DNA of 64,000 nucleotides, from NCBI GenBank assembly GCA_014382245.1, contig JACNKC010000057.1, forward strand, positions 174 through 64,173, in the 5' to 3' direction. How positions within the stretch are numbered: the stretch's first letter is position 1; each line of letters opens with the position of its first letter. Below are positions 52,495-60,865 of the stretch, one piece after another. A program made the position numbers and the translations under genes. The notes under the pieces are model-generated. The model did not search any database. It was given only the letters and a program-made list of their open reading frames with translations, and was not told where the DNA came from. This stretch comes from Pseudomonadota bacterium. Lineage in GTDB: Bacteria; Desulfobacterota; Binatia; UBA1149.

Positions 52495-54705
52495 ATGGCG
52501 AGAACAGGTAAACAAGGAGTGGTGGCTCTGCTGTCGGAATTGCTGCTTGCCGGAAGCGCGCAGGCCTGGCAGGCCGAAATCGCCAGGGATCGCTACGGGG
52601 TGCCCTACATTATCGCCGATACCATGGCCGATGCCGCCTTCGGCGACGGCTACGCCCAGGCGGCCGACCGGGGCAAGGAGGCCTTCGAGCTCATACTGGC
52701 GGCTACCGGCACCAGCGCGGCCAGCCTGGGCGCTGGAAACACCTCCAGTGCGTGCCCCGAGGGCAAGAACGTCTGCAACGACATGCAGGCACGGCTGACC
52801 GGGGTCTATCGCACGGCCTACGCCCAGTGGACCGCCATACCCGCCGAGGTTCAGGAGATCGCGTCGGCCTTTGCGGCAGGTGCCAATCTCTGGGGTCTCG
52901 AGAACGCCGGTGAGCTTCCACCCGGCGCCCGTCCGCTGACCGGCCAGGACATAATAGCCTACGCCCAGTACACCGGCGTGGCCCGCCAGTTGCTGCAGGC
53001 CACAAAAGAGAAAGCCCAGGAAGGCCAGGACACCGAGTGCGGTGAGGGCTCAAACGGCGTCGTGCTGGCCAACTCGCTCACGGGCAACAAGGGCGTGATC
53101 CTGCAGGTGGATCCGCACACGCCCTGGTCGGGCTTCAACCGCTGGTACGAGAAGGCCTACGTTACACCGGACACCGTTATTCACGGGGGAGGCCCCACTG
53201 GCCTGCCCTTGTTCCTGTTTGCCACCTCGGATCGCGTGGGATGGGCGCTGACCCGTAACTCGGGTGACCGGGGCGACTGTTTCTATGTAACCCCGGACCC
53301 CGCCGACCCCTTGCGTTACATGTACGATGGCGCGTCGCTGCCGCTTTCGAGCGTAACTGAAACCATCGAGGTAAAGGATTCGTCGTCGGTTCAGTTCGAG
53401 GTGCTGTCAACGCAGCACGGACCGATATTCGCCAAGGAGGGGGGGCTCTACTACGCGGCCGCCATGAGCATGGAAAACCGCACGGGAGTGTTGGGGCAGA
53501 TGCTGGCCATGGCCGGGGCCGACAGCGCAACGGAACTGGATGCCGCGTTTTCGATGATGGAGATCGATGGCGCCCAGGCAATGTACGGTGACGTCGATGG
53601 CAACATCGGCTACGCCTGGCTCAATCGCTTGCGCGATCGCGACGACTCTTACTACTGGGAGTACTGCGTGGATGGCAGCATATCGGCCACTGCCCTGGGT
53701 GCCGTGCTCGACTTCGCCAGCCTTCCCGGTTCCACCAACGACCCGGGCGGTTACTACCAGGCGTGCAACCAGCCCGACTGGCTGGTCAACGGCGGAGCCT
53801 GGGGGATAGACCCATGGAGCTATCCCGGTTGGCTGCGCGGCAGGGATTTTGTCCGCGACTATCTCGGCGCGAGAGCGCAGCGCGTGGTGGACCTCATACA
53901 GTCCAGGCAGCGGCACTCGCATGGCCGCGCGCGCAAGAGTTCGCTGGACACCGCGCTGCTGGGCGCGGTGTGGATGATTCCGGTGCTGGAACGGGCAATG
54001 GCACAGTACGGTGACGGCGGAGATCCGCTGGTGCAGAACGCATTTTCGGAGCTATTGCGCTTCAAGCGCAAACCGCGGGCCACGGCCAGGTCACGTGGCT
54101 ATGCCCTGTGGCACGAATGGAACGGCTACTGGGTGCAGGACGCGGTGCTCGGCAGCGCACCACCCGCCTCGCCCGAGGTTTCGCGCATACGCGAATTCTA
54201 CGACCTGCCCGATCATCCCGAAACCGTGAGCGATCTCGACCTGCAGCGAGCCCACCAGGCCTTTCTCGACGCTGTCGCCCACCTGAACAGTTACTACCTG
54301 GCCGGGCACTACGATTCGCCGCTGCCGCGCTGGGGAGACATTAACTTCATACAGTTGGCCGACGGGTCGAAGTACGGCTTCGGCGGCTCCGACGGCGAGT
54401 TGCAGGGTATATGGCAGGGTAGCCACGGCGGTGGTTCCTGCGGGGCCTTTCCTAATCCCTCTGCCGATGGCACCTGGACCATTAACGCCGGGTCGGACTT
54501 CATGATGTCGTCGCAACTGCGCACCCTGCCCAGGCTGCCGAAGGTCTACACGCTTGTCCCCTACGGAGTGAGCAACGACCCGGCCTCGCCTCATTTTGCC
54601 GACCAGACGCGGCGCTACGTGAAGGGCAAGTACAAGAAGGTGCCTTTCGGCGAGAAAGATGTCCGTCGCAAGGCCAAGTCGATAGTGACCGTGAGCGGCA
54701 GCTGA
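52495..54705 (+). CDS. Penicillin-acylase-family Ntn hydrolase (possible acyl-homoserine-lactone / beta-lactam acylase)
   Basis: Signal peptide, then IARDRYGVPYI. Candidate autoproteolytic site GEG-SNGVVLA (Ser nucleophile). About 736 aa. Strong SD GGAGGAAAGGG precedes ATG 52495. Confidence 0.88.
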   Translation: MARTGKQGVVALLSELLLAGSAQAWQAEIARDRYGVPYIIADTMADAAFGDGYAQAADRGKEAFELILAATGTSAASLGAGNTSSACPEGKNVCNDMQARLTGVYRTAYAQWTAIPAEVQEIASAFAAGANLWGLENAGELPPGARPLTGQDIIAYAQYTGVARQLLQATKEKAQEGQDTECGEGSNGVVLANSLTGNKGVILQVDPHTPWSGFNRWYEKAYVTPDTVIHGGGPTGLPLFLFATSDRVGWALTRNSGDRGDCFYVTPDPADPLRYMYDGASLPLSSVTETIEVKDSSSVQFEVLSTQHGPIFAKEGGLYYAAAMSMENRTGVLGQMLAMAGADSATELDAAFSMMEIDGAQAMYGDVDGNIGYAWLNRLRDRDDSYYWEYCVDGSISATALGAVLDFASLPGSTNDPGGYYQACNQPDWLVNGGAWGIDPWSYPGWLRGRDFVRDYLGARAQRVVDLIQSRQRHSHGRARKSSLDTALLGAVWMIPVLERAMAQYGDGGDPLVQNAFSELLRFKRKPRATARSRGYALWHEWNGYWVQDAVLGSAPPASPEVSRIREFYDLPDHPETVSDLDLQRAHQAFLDAVAHLNSYYLAGHYDSPLPRWGDINFIQLADGSKYGFGGSDGELQGIWQGSHGGGSCGAFPNPSADGTWTINAGSDFMMSSQLRTLPRLPKVYTLVPYGVSNDPASPHFADQTRRYVKGKYKKVPFGEKDVRRKAKSIVTVSGS

Positions 54706-54775
54706 ACCCGGCGTTGTTGCTGCATCGTTTCTGCCGTACGACTGTCGGCATGAATGGTGGCATGGAGCAGCGGCG

Positions 54776-55270
54776 ATGAAGCGTAGCCAGCAGGAAGTAG
54801 ACGCCCTACTCGCCGAGCTGGAGCAGGCCCACGGGTTGGGCGGCATTAATCCTGACCGGGGCCAGCTGCTCGAACTGTTGTCAGACGACAGCGACAGGGC
54901 AGACGGGACGAGACCGCTGCTGTACGTCAACCTGCTTCGCTTCTACGACCACGCTCGCTATCCCGCCGGCCATGAACTGGCCGAGGCGGGCATGAGCGGT
55001 GAGCAGGCCTACACCCTGTATGGCATCGCCGCCCTGGCCGAGGTCGAGAAACGCGGAGGCTGTCTTCCCCTATGGGGCACTGCCGAGCAGCTCGTCATCG
55101 GCGAGACCGACCACTGGGACCAGGTGGCTGTCATGCAGTACCCCGACCGCGAGGCTTTCATCGACATGATACGCGACCCCGACTACCAGGCATCGCTGGT
55201 ACATCGCAGGGCCGGACTGGAAAAGACCGTGGTCATCATCACCCGTTCCCTGTTACACGGCGCCGCCTGA
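54776..55270 (+). CDS. DUF1330-domain protein
   Basis: VAVMQYPDREAFIDMIRDPDYQASLVHRRAGLEKTVVI matches the DUF1330 C-terminal pattern. GGAG lies 8 nt upstream of the ATG. Confidence 0.62.
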   Translation: MKRSQQEVDALLAELEQAHGLGGINPDRGQLLELLSDDSDRADGTRPLLYVNLLRFYDHARYPAGHELAEAGMSGEQAYTLYGIAALAEVEKRGGCLPLWGTAEQLVIGETDHWDQVAVMQYPDREAFIDMIRDPDYQASLVHRRAGLEKTVVIITRSLLHGAA

Positions 55271-55418
55271 CCGCGGAGGGCGCCCGCTTGCTGCGTTCCG
55301 GATACGGGAACGTCACCCCTGCTTGTCGATGTTGCGAACCGCTGTGCTGCTTTCCCGGTTCTGCTCACAAACCTTGTTATTCTGGAGGCCTGGGTAACGG
55401 CAAGCGCACAGAAAGCTA

Positions 55419-55448
55419 TTGACAGCAGTACTCCTGCGGGCTTAGCTT
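55419..55448 (+). promoter_or_regulatory. Promoter candidate upstream of the alpha/beta hydrolase gene
   Basis: Perfect TTGACA (55419-24), 18 nt, then TAGCTT (55443-48), in a 184-nt intergenic region. Confidence 0.35.
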
Positions 55449-55454
55449 AAGCCG

Positions 55455-56636
55455 TTGGGAAACTACCTGGACAACCTTGCCCTGTCGGCCCGGTCTGCCG
55501 CCAACACCCTCAGCGACACCTGGAAGGGTTACCGCGAAAGCGACCTGCGCCTGCGGGTCCCGCGGCCCGGCCCGTCGTTGGGCGCGATGGCGGAAGCCGC
55601 CCTCGACAGGGGATTTGCGCTGGCCGCCAACCTGGCGGCGGGGCGTAACCTTGAAGAACGAATCTCCAAGGGCTTCGCCCAGCTGGCAGACGCCGAGCAG
55701 TTGTTTGAGCAACGAGGTTGGCTGGCCGACCCGTCCGGCTACCATCGCGACCCGCCGCCGGTCGAAGAAGTATCACTGGGACGCGCCGTGTCTCAGCAGG
55801 GGCTCCGGCGGTTGCAGTACCAGCAGCTGAGTTACCCCAGCCTCTACGAGCCCTGGCCGAGCGAGCCGGGCCGCGAGCGCTGGCAGGCGCTGGAGCCCAA
55901 CCGTCGCTTTCACGCTTACGTGCTTCGCTACCCGGGCCCGCCGCGCCCGTGGCTGGTGTGTGTTCACGGCTTCGGCATGGGAGGACCGGCCACCGCGTTC
56001 ACCGGTTTCAACGCGCGCAAACTTCACAGCGAGCTCGGCTTGAATCTCGCGTTTCCCGTTTTGCCGCTGCACGGTCCACGCGCACCCGGCAGGGCCAGCG
56101 GTCGTGAACTGCTGGCCGCCGATTTCATGTCGATGGTCTACTGCTTCGCGCAGGCTGCCTGGGATCTGCGGCGACTGGTCGGTTGGCTCAAGAGCGAAGA
56201 CGGCCAGCCGGTGGGCTTGTACGGACTGTCGCTCGGCTCGCTCACTGCTTCACTCAGCAGCGGGCTGGAGTCGGCCGACTGCGTGATTGCCGGCATACCC
56301 GCCGTCGATTTTGCCGGCCTCGTGCGTGACAACGAGATCCCTATACCTGGCCGCAAGCCGCTCGCCAGCGAGCAGGGCTACCAGCGACTCGCGCGGGTGA
56401 CGAGCGTGGTCAACCCGCTGAGTTTCGCTCCGCAGGTGGCCAGGGACAAGCGTTTTATTTTTGCCGGCCTGGCCGACCGCCTGGCCCGGCCTTACCAGGC
56501 CGACGCGCTGTGGCGGCACTGGGGACGACCGCCGGTGCACTGGTTCGACGGTGCCCACGTTACCTACCTCATGAAGTCCAGCGTTCAACGCTTCGTGGAG
56601 TCGTCGCTGGCCACTGCCGGCCTGACCTGGCACTGA
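55455..56636 (+). CDS. Alpha/beta hydrolase (family unassigned)
   Basis: WLVCVHGFGMGG and GLSLGS (GxSxG). Start uncertain: TTG 55455 from the track, or ATG 55587. Confidence 0.7.
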   Translation: MGNYLDNLALSARSAANTLSDTWKGYRESDLRLRVPRPGPSLGAMAEAALDRGFALAANLAAGRNLEERISKGFAQLADAEQLFEQRGWLADPSGYHRDPPPVEEVSLGRAVSQQGLRRLQYQQLSYPSLYEPWPSEPGRERWQALEPNRRFHAYVLRYPGPPRPWLVCVHGFGMGGPATAFTGFNARKLHSELGLNLAFPVLPLHGPRAPGRASGRELLAADFMSMVYCFAQAAWDLRRLVGWLKSEDGQPVGLYGLSLGSLTASLSSGLESADCVIAGIPAVDFAGLVRDNEIPIPGRKPLASEQGYQRLARVTSVVNPLSFAPQVARDKRFIFAGLADRLARPYQADALWRHWGRPPVHWFDGAHVTYLMKSSVQRFVESSLATAGLTWH

Positions 56637-56735
56637 CACTCCCGCTTTCTCCCCAGCTTTTGTTTCTTCTCGCCGACGCGTGTAGCGACGGTCACTGGCG
56701 CGTTGATTTTTCGTGGCGTGCCGCGGGGACCTGCT

Positions 56736-57602
56736 ATGAATTATAAAACCGAAACCCTGGTGTCGGGCCTGGCCTTTGCCGAAGGCCCACGGTGGAAGGA
56801 CGGCCGCCTCTACTATTCTGACATGCACCGTTGCGTGGTGGAGTCGGTGGACGAAAGCGGTTCTGTCGAACTGGTGTGCCGGGTGGAGCAGTCGCCCTCG
56901 GGCTTAGGCTGGTTGCCCGACGACGGTGCGGCCGACGCGGGTCGCATGCTGGTGGTTTCCATGCGCGACCGGCGCTTGCTGCGCCTGGACCCCGACGGCC
57001 TGGTCGAGGTGGCCGACCTGTCGGGCCTGGCCACCTGGCACTGCAACGACATGGTGGTCGATGAGCAGGGGCGCGCCTACGTGGGCAACTTCGGCTCGGA
57101 CATCTACGGTGACGATCCCACGCCCAGCGATGCGCTCCTGCTCATGGTAGAACGAGACGGCGCCGTCAGTGTAGCCGCCGACAAGATGAAATTTCCCAAC
57201 GGTGCCGTGATCACGCCCGACGGTAGTACCTTGATCATCTGCGAAACCTTTGCCGGCTGCTTGACGGCCTTCGACATAGCCGCCGATGGGTCGCTGTCGG
57301 GCCGCCGCAGCTGGGCCGAACTGGAGGGCGTGGCCCCCGACGGGTGTTGCCTGGACGCCGAGGGCGCCATCTGGGTGGCCACGGTATTCGGAAACCAGCT
57401 GTTGCGCGTGCACGAAGGGGGCCGCATCAGCGACCGCGTGGAGCTGGCCAGCGAATCGTTTGCCTGCATGCTGGGCGGTGAAGACGGGCGCACGTTGTTT
57501 ATCTGCGCGGCCCCGACCTCGGAACCCGAAGAAGCGCTTGAGCAGCTGGGTGGCAGCATTGAGCTGGTGCGCGTTGAGGTGCCCCGCGCGGGACGGCCGT
57601 AA
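56736..57602 (+). CDS. SMP-30/gluconolactonase/LRE-family beta-propeller hydrolase
   Basis: MNYKTETLVSGLAFAEGPRW.., CNDMVVDEQGRAYVGNFG, FPNGAVITPDGSTLI and PDGCCLDAEGAIWVA. Confidence 0.85.
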   Translation: MNYKTETLVSGLAFAEGPRWKDGRLYYSDMHRCVVESVDESGSVELVCRVEQSPSGLGWLPDDGAADAGRMLVVSMRDRRLLRLDPDGLVEVADLSGLATWHCNDMVVDEQGRAYVGNFGSDIYGDDPTPSDALLLMVERDGAVSVAADKMKFPNGAVITPDGSTLIICETFAGCLTAFDIAADGSLSGRRSWAELEGVAPDGCCLDAEGAIWVATVFGNQLLRVHEGGRISDRVELASESFACMLGGEDGRTLFICAAPTSEPEEALEQLGGSIELVRVEVPRAGRP

Positions 57603-57609
57603 AACCACG

Positions 57610-58569
57610 GTGGCATTGTTGTTGAAAGAGACGGTCGCGGTTGCCCTTTGCCTGCTGTTGGCGGGTTGCAGCCTGGGCACGGGCTGGCGCAGTGCCCACC
57701 ACCGCGATCATCCACTGGTGGGCAGTTGCTGGTCGGTGGACGCTGCCAAGGTGGTTGACTGCGGAGAGGTGAAGGAGGCTGCGCGAGGCGCACGGCTCGT
57801 GTTGCTCGGCGAGCAACACGATAACCCCGATCACCATCGCCTGCAGGCCGCGGTGCTTCGCGGGTTGGTGGACGCCGGTCGCCACCCGGCGCTGCTGCTC
57901 GAGATGCTCGGCCCCGCAGTGGCCGAGCAGGCCTGGGCCGCCTGTCGAGACCGAGGGCGGCGAGGCTGCACGGCGGCGGGGCTGAGGCGGGCGTTGGACT
58001 GGGACTCGAGTGGCTGGCCGGACTGGCAACTGTATCGCCCGATTTTTAACGTGGCGCTGGAGCGAGACCTGCAACTGGTCGGCGTAGGGATAAGCCGGGG
58101 CGAGGCCCGCGGGCTTTCGGCGCCGGTGGATACTCCGCTCGATGACAAGGCCGTTGCCGAACTCAGGCGCGAGATTATCGAATCGCACTGCGGCTACGCC
58201 AGTGGCCACATGGTCGACGCCATGCTCAATGTTCAGCAGTCGCGTGACTCGCGCATGGCCGGCGCGCTGGCCGACGCGCTGGCCGACGAAAACGGAGCTG
58301 GAGAAGACGGCGCGGTGTTGATCGCGGGCCTGGGGCACACCCGGCTCGACCGCGGCGTGGCCTGGCATCTTCCCGCGGGTACCCGCGAAGGGCTGTTCTC
58401 GGTCGCTTTCGTAGAGGTGACCATAGGCGAGCAGCACCCGGCCGACTACGCTGAGCACTTTGACGGCCGCCTGCCCTTTGACTACCTGTGGTTTACCCCC
58501 CGAGCCGATGATCTCGATCCCTGCGAGCGCTTCGAGCAGCAGTTGAAGGCCATGGGTAAACAGCCTTGA
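57610..58569 (+). CDS. ChaN-family (haem-binding/Tiki-like) lipoprotein
   Basis: Lipobox LLLAGC. VLLGEQHDNPDHHRLQA is the ChaN motif. GTG 57610 lies 7 nt after the upstream stop. The track ORF 5' extension lies inside the SMP-30 gene. Confidence 0.68.
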   Translation: MALLLKETVAVALCLLLAGCSLGTGWRSAHHRDHPLVGSCWSVDAAKVVDCGEVKEAARGARLVLLGEQHDNPDHHRLQAAVLRGLVDAGRHPALLLEMLGPAVAEQAWAACRDRGRRGCTAAGLRRALDWDSSGWPDWQLYRPIFNVALERDLQLVGVGISRGEARGLSAPVDTPLDDKAVAELRREIIESHCGYASGHMVDAMLNVQQSRDSRMAGALADALADENGAGEDGAVLIAGLGHTRLDRGVAWHLPAGTREGLFSVAFVEVTIGEQHPADYAEHFDGRLPFDYLWFTPRADDLDPCERFEQQLKAMGKQP

Positions 58570-59459
58570 GCGATTCTCCCGGCGCGGTGCTGGTGGCCGG
58601 CTGTGGGCGCGTGGGGTCGCGCGTAGCAGGGCTGCTGGCCGACGGCGGGCGACAGGTGTACGCGCTCAGCCGCAAGCCCGCTGTCATGCCCGATAACGTA
58701 AGGCCGCTTATCGCTGATCTCACGGATGCGGCCTCGCTGTCGGGCTTGTTGGAGAGCGCGATACCGGTCGGCGTCGACCTCGTTGTTTTTACGGCCTCGC
58801 CTGATCGCGGCGACGAGCAGGCCTACCGCGCGGTGTATCTCGACGGGCTGGCCACGCTGCTGGCGACCCCGGCCTGCTCGGACTTGCGCCGCCTGGTTTT
58901 GGCTTCGAGTACCGCTGTATACGCGCAGGATGATGGCGGCTGGGTAGACGAACACGACGATACCAGGCCGCTGCGTTTCAACGGCGCGGTCATACTCGAA
59001 GCCGAGCAACTGGCCCGCACCCGAACGCGGGCCGAAGTGGTGGTGGCCAGGCTGGGGGGCATCTACGGCCCCGGCCCGGGCGCGTTCCTGCGCTCGGTCG
59101 CCGCGGGCGAGCTGCGTCTGCCTGACCGCCCGGCGTTTACCAACCGCGTGCAGGTAGGTGATGCCGCTCGCGCGCTGGTACACCTGGTTGGCCTCGCCCA
59201 ACCCGCGCCCGTGTACAACGTGGTCGACGACACACCGGCTACTCGCCACGAGGTCGCCGCGTGGGCGGCGGTGGAGCTGGGCCACGAGCTGGACGCGGCA
59301 GCTGTTTTATCGGCGGTGAGCGCGGGCACCGGCGGCAAGCGTTGCAGCAACGCGCTGCTGCGCGCCAGCGGATTCGACTTCCTATACCCCGGTTACCGTG
59401 AGGGCTACGTAAGGCGGTTGGCCGAACTGGCGGTGGGTGGAAAGGGCAACGGCGGTTGA
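58566..59459 (+). CDS. NAD(P)-binding Rossmann protein (epimerase/dehydratase-like atypical SDR)
   Basis: VLVAGCGRVGSRVAGLL dinucleotide motif and 297 aa length. 4-nt overlap with the upstream gene. Confidence 0.72.
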   Translation: MSDSPGAVLVAGCGRVGSRVAGLLADGGRQVYALSRKPAVMPDNVRPLIADLTDAASLSGLLESAIPVGVDLVVFTASPDRGDEQAYRAVYLDGLATLLATPACSDLRRLVLASSTAVYAQDDGGWVDEHDDTRPLRFNGAVILEAEQLARTRTRAEVVVARLGGIYGPGPGAFLRSVAAGELRLPDRPAFTNRVQVGDAARALVHLVGLAQPAPVYNVVDDTPATRHEVAAWAAVELGHELDAAAVLSAVSAGTGGKRCSNALLRASGFDFLYPGYREGYVRRLAELAVGGKGNGG

Positions 59460-59473
59460 CGATTCGGCAAGGG

Positions 59474-59493
59474 CCGGGGGCCTGCCCCCCCGG
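59474..59493 (+). terminator. Candidate terminator hairpin after the Rossmann-protein gene
   Basis: CCGGGGG-cctgcc-CCCCCGG, an all-GC 7-bp stem, begins 15 nt after the stop. No U-tract. Confidence 0.35.
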
Positions 59494-59509
59494 TCAGGGC
59501 CCCCCCCCC
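59485..59509 (+). repeat. Homopolymeric C7 and C10 tracts (G-runs on the minus strand)
   Basis: C7 at 59485-59491 and C10 at 59500-59509, separated by GGTCAGGG, in the intergenic region. Confidence 0.9.
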
Positions 59510-59634
59510 GAACGGGTATAAATCATTCATGTTACCCGGTAGATGCAGTGCTATCCCTTGACGGGGACGGGAGCGCAGTGGTTTACTTGAGCCTGCTGCC
59601 CGCCGCTGAGCGTGGCCGCAAGGGGGACTTTATC

Positions 59635-59700
59635 ATGAATCATTTCTGCGGGCCGGCCTGGCCCTTCCTGTGCTGTACTTGTTTTCCGTGTGCGCGCTGA
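59635..59700 (+). CDS. Doubtful 21-codon Cys-rich small ORF (MNHFCGPAWPFLCCTCFPCAR), or a displaced true start of the next gene
   Basis: ATG 59635 lies 7 nt after the strong SD AAGGGGGA (59620-59627). It is out of frame with the beta-helix ORF and overlaps it by 31 nt. Confidence 0.25.
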   Translation: MNHFCGPAWPFLCCTCFPCAR

Positions 59701-60704
59701 TCCTGCCGTCGTCGGCCGGTGCCAACCCCGCTTGTGGCGATACGCTGACAAGCGGGGTCACGACGATGGATGCCGCCCTTGTCTGCACCGACACCGGCGA
59801 TGGAACCGCGGCGCTTACACTTACCGGCTCGGCAACGCTTGATATGAACGGCTTCTATATCGTCTGCGGTGACCATGCAGACGACCTTACCGCGGTCCTG
59901 ATGGACGGCGTGTTTTTGAACGGAACCAAGAACACGCTGGCCAACGGCGCGATACGCAACTGCCAGGACGGCGTTGAGCTGGGCGGCGGGGGCGGCCACA
60001 CGGTCAGCATGGTGCACGCCACCGAGGGCTGGGACGACGGTTTTGACGTCAAGTCCGACGGCAACAAGCTCAGCCAGGTCACGTCCTGGGGCAACGACGA
60101 TGCCGGGGTTGTGCTGGTCGGGAACAAGAACCAGGTCACTAATTCTGTCGCTCGTTCAAACGATATCGATGGATTCGATATCGAGGGCGACGGAAACAAG
60201 CTGAAGTTCGTGACCTCCTACGGCAACCTCGACGATGGCTTCTGGATAGATGGTAACAAGAACTCGCTTTCTAATATTTCGGCTGCCGACAACGGCGACG
60301 AAGGTATTGATATCTCCAACACCGCTGACGGTAACAAGATCAAGTCAGCCCACACGGTCTCCAGCGGCGACAACGGCATCGAGCTCGAGGGCAACAAGAA
60401 CAAGTTGTCGGGCGTGGTGATCCTCGGACCCCCCGATGACGGTGTCGATCTGTGGGGCACTGCAACCGGCAATAAGCTATCGAAGGTGTTTGTCGCGGAG
60501 CCCTCCGGTGAAGGGATTGAGCTGGACACGGCGGGCAACTCTGTGCAGAAGTCGACCTCGGTCATGAGTCCCTCCACCGATGCCTACGACGAGGCGTCCG
60601 ATATCGCAGGTTCCTGTGTGAACAGCTGGAAGGGAAACCACTTCGCGAATGGGTGGCCCGCGGAGTGCGTGGGCAGCGTGTTGAACACGCCGCCGCTACC
60701 CTGA
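59670..60704 (+). CDS. Secreted right-handed parallel beta-helix repeat protein
   Basis: About eight 20-26 aa repeats beginning GNK(L/N) with ..DG(F/I/V)D/E.. (aa 131-296). N-terminal hydrophobic signal. Start unclear: GTG 59670, CTG 59646, or a frame-shifted ATG 59635. Confidence 0.7.
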   Translation: MLYLFSVCALILPSSAGANPACGDTLTSGVTTMDAALVCTDTGDGTAALTLTGSATLDMNGFYIVCGDHADDLTAVLMDGVFLNGTKNTLANGAIRNCQDGVELGGGGGHTVSMVHATEGWDDGFDVKSDGNKLSQVTSWGNDDAGVVLVGNKNQVTNSVARSNDIDGFDIEGDGNKLKFVTSYGNLDDGFWIDGNKNSLSNISAADNGDEGIDISNTADGNKIKSAHTVSSGDNGIELEGNKNKLSGVVILGPPDDGVDLWGTATGNKLSKVFVAEPSGEGIELDTAGNSVQKSTSVMSPSTDAYDEASDIAGSCVNSWKGNHFANGWPAECVGSVLNTPPLP

Positions 60705-60730
60705 GGGCCGAGCGTTTCGCCACTGAAGCG

Positions 60731-60762
60731 GGTCCGGTCGCGCAAGCAAGCGCGTCCGGACC
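60731..60762 (+). terminator. Candidate terminator hairpin after the beta-helix gene
   Basis: GGTCCGGTCGCGC-aagcaa-GCGCGTCCGGACC, a 13-bp stem with one T-T mismatch, lies 27 nt after the stop. Confidence 0.45.
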
Positions 60763-60865
60763 TGTCTACAGGAAGGGAAAGCGGTTACTGATCCGGATGG
60801 ACGAATTGGTATCGTCGTTCGGCTGAGTTTTTGCTGGGCGGTTGCTTTCGGCTACCCTGTGGCGC

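Noticed and set aside
59437-59700. An 87-aa plus-strand ORF spanning the intergenic region and the poly-C tracts
   Set aside because: It starts inside the preceding gene and translates the homopolymers as Pro runs. It has no SD at its GTG. Only its last 21 codons, which have their own SD and ATG, were kept as a doubtful feature.
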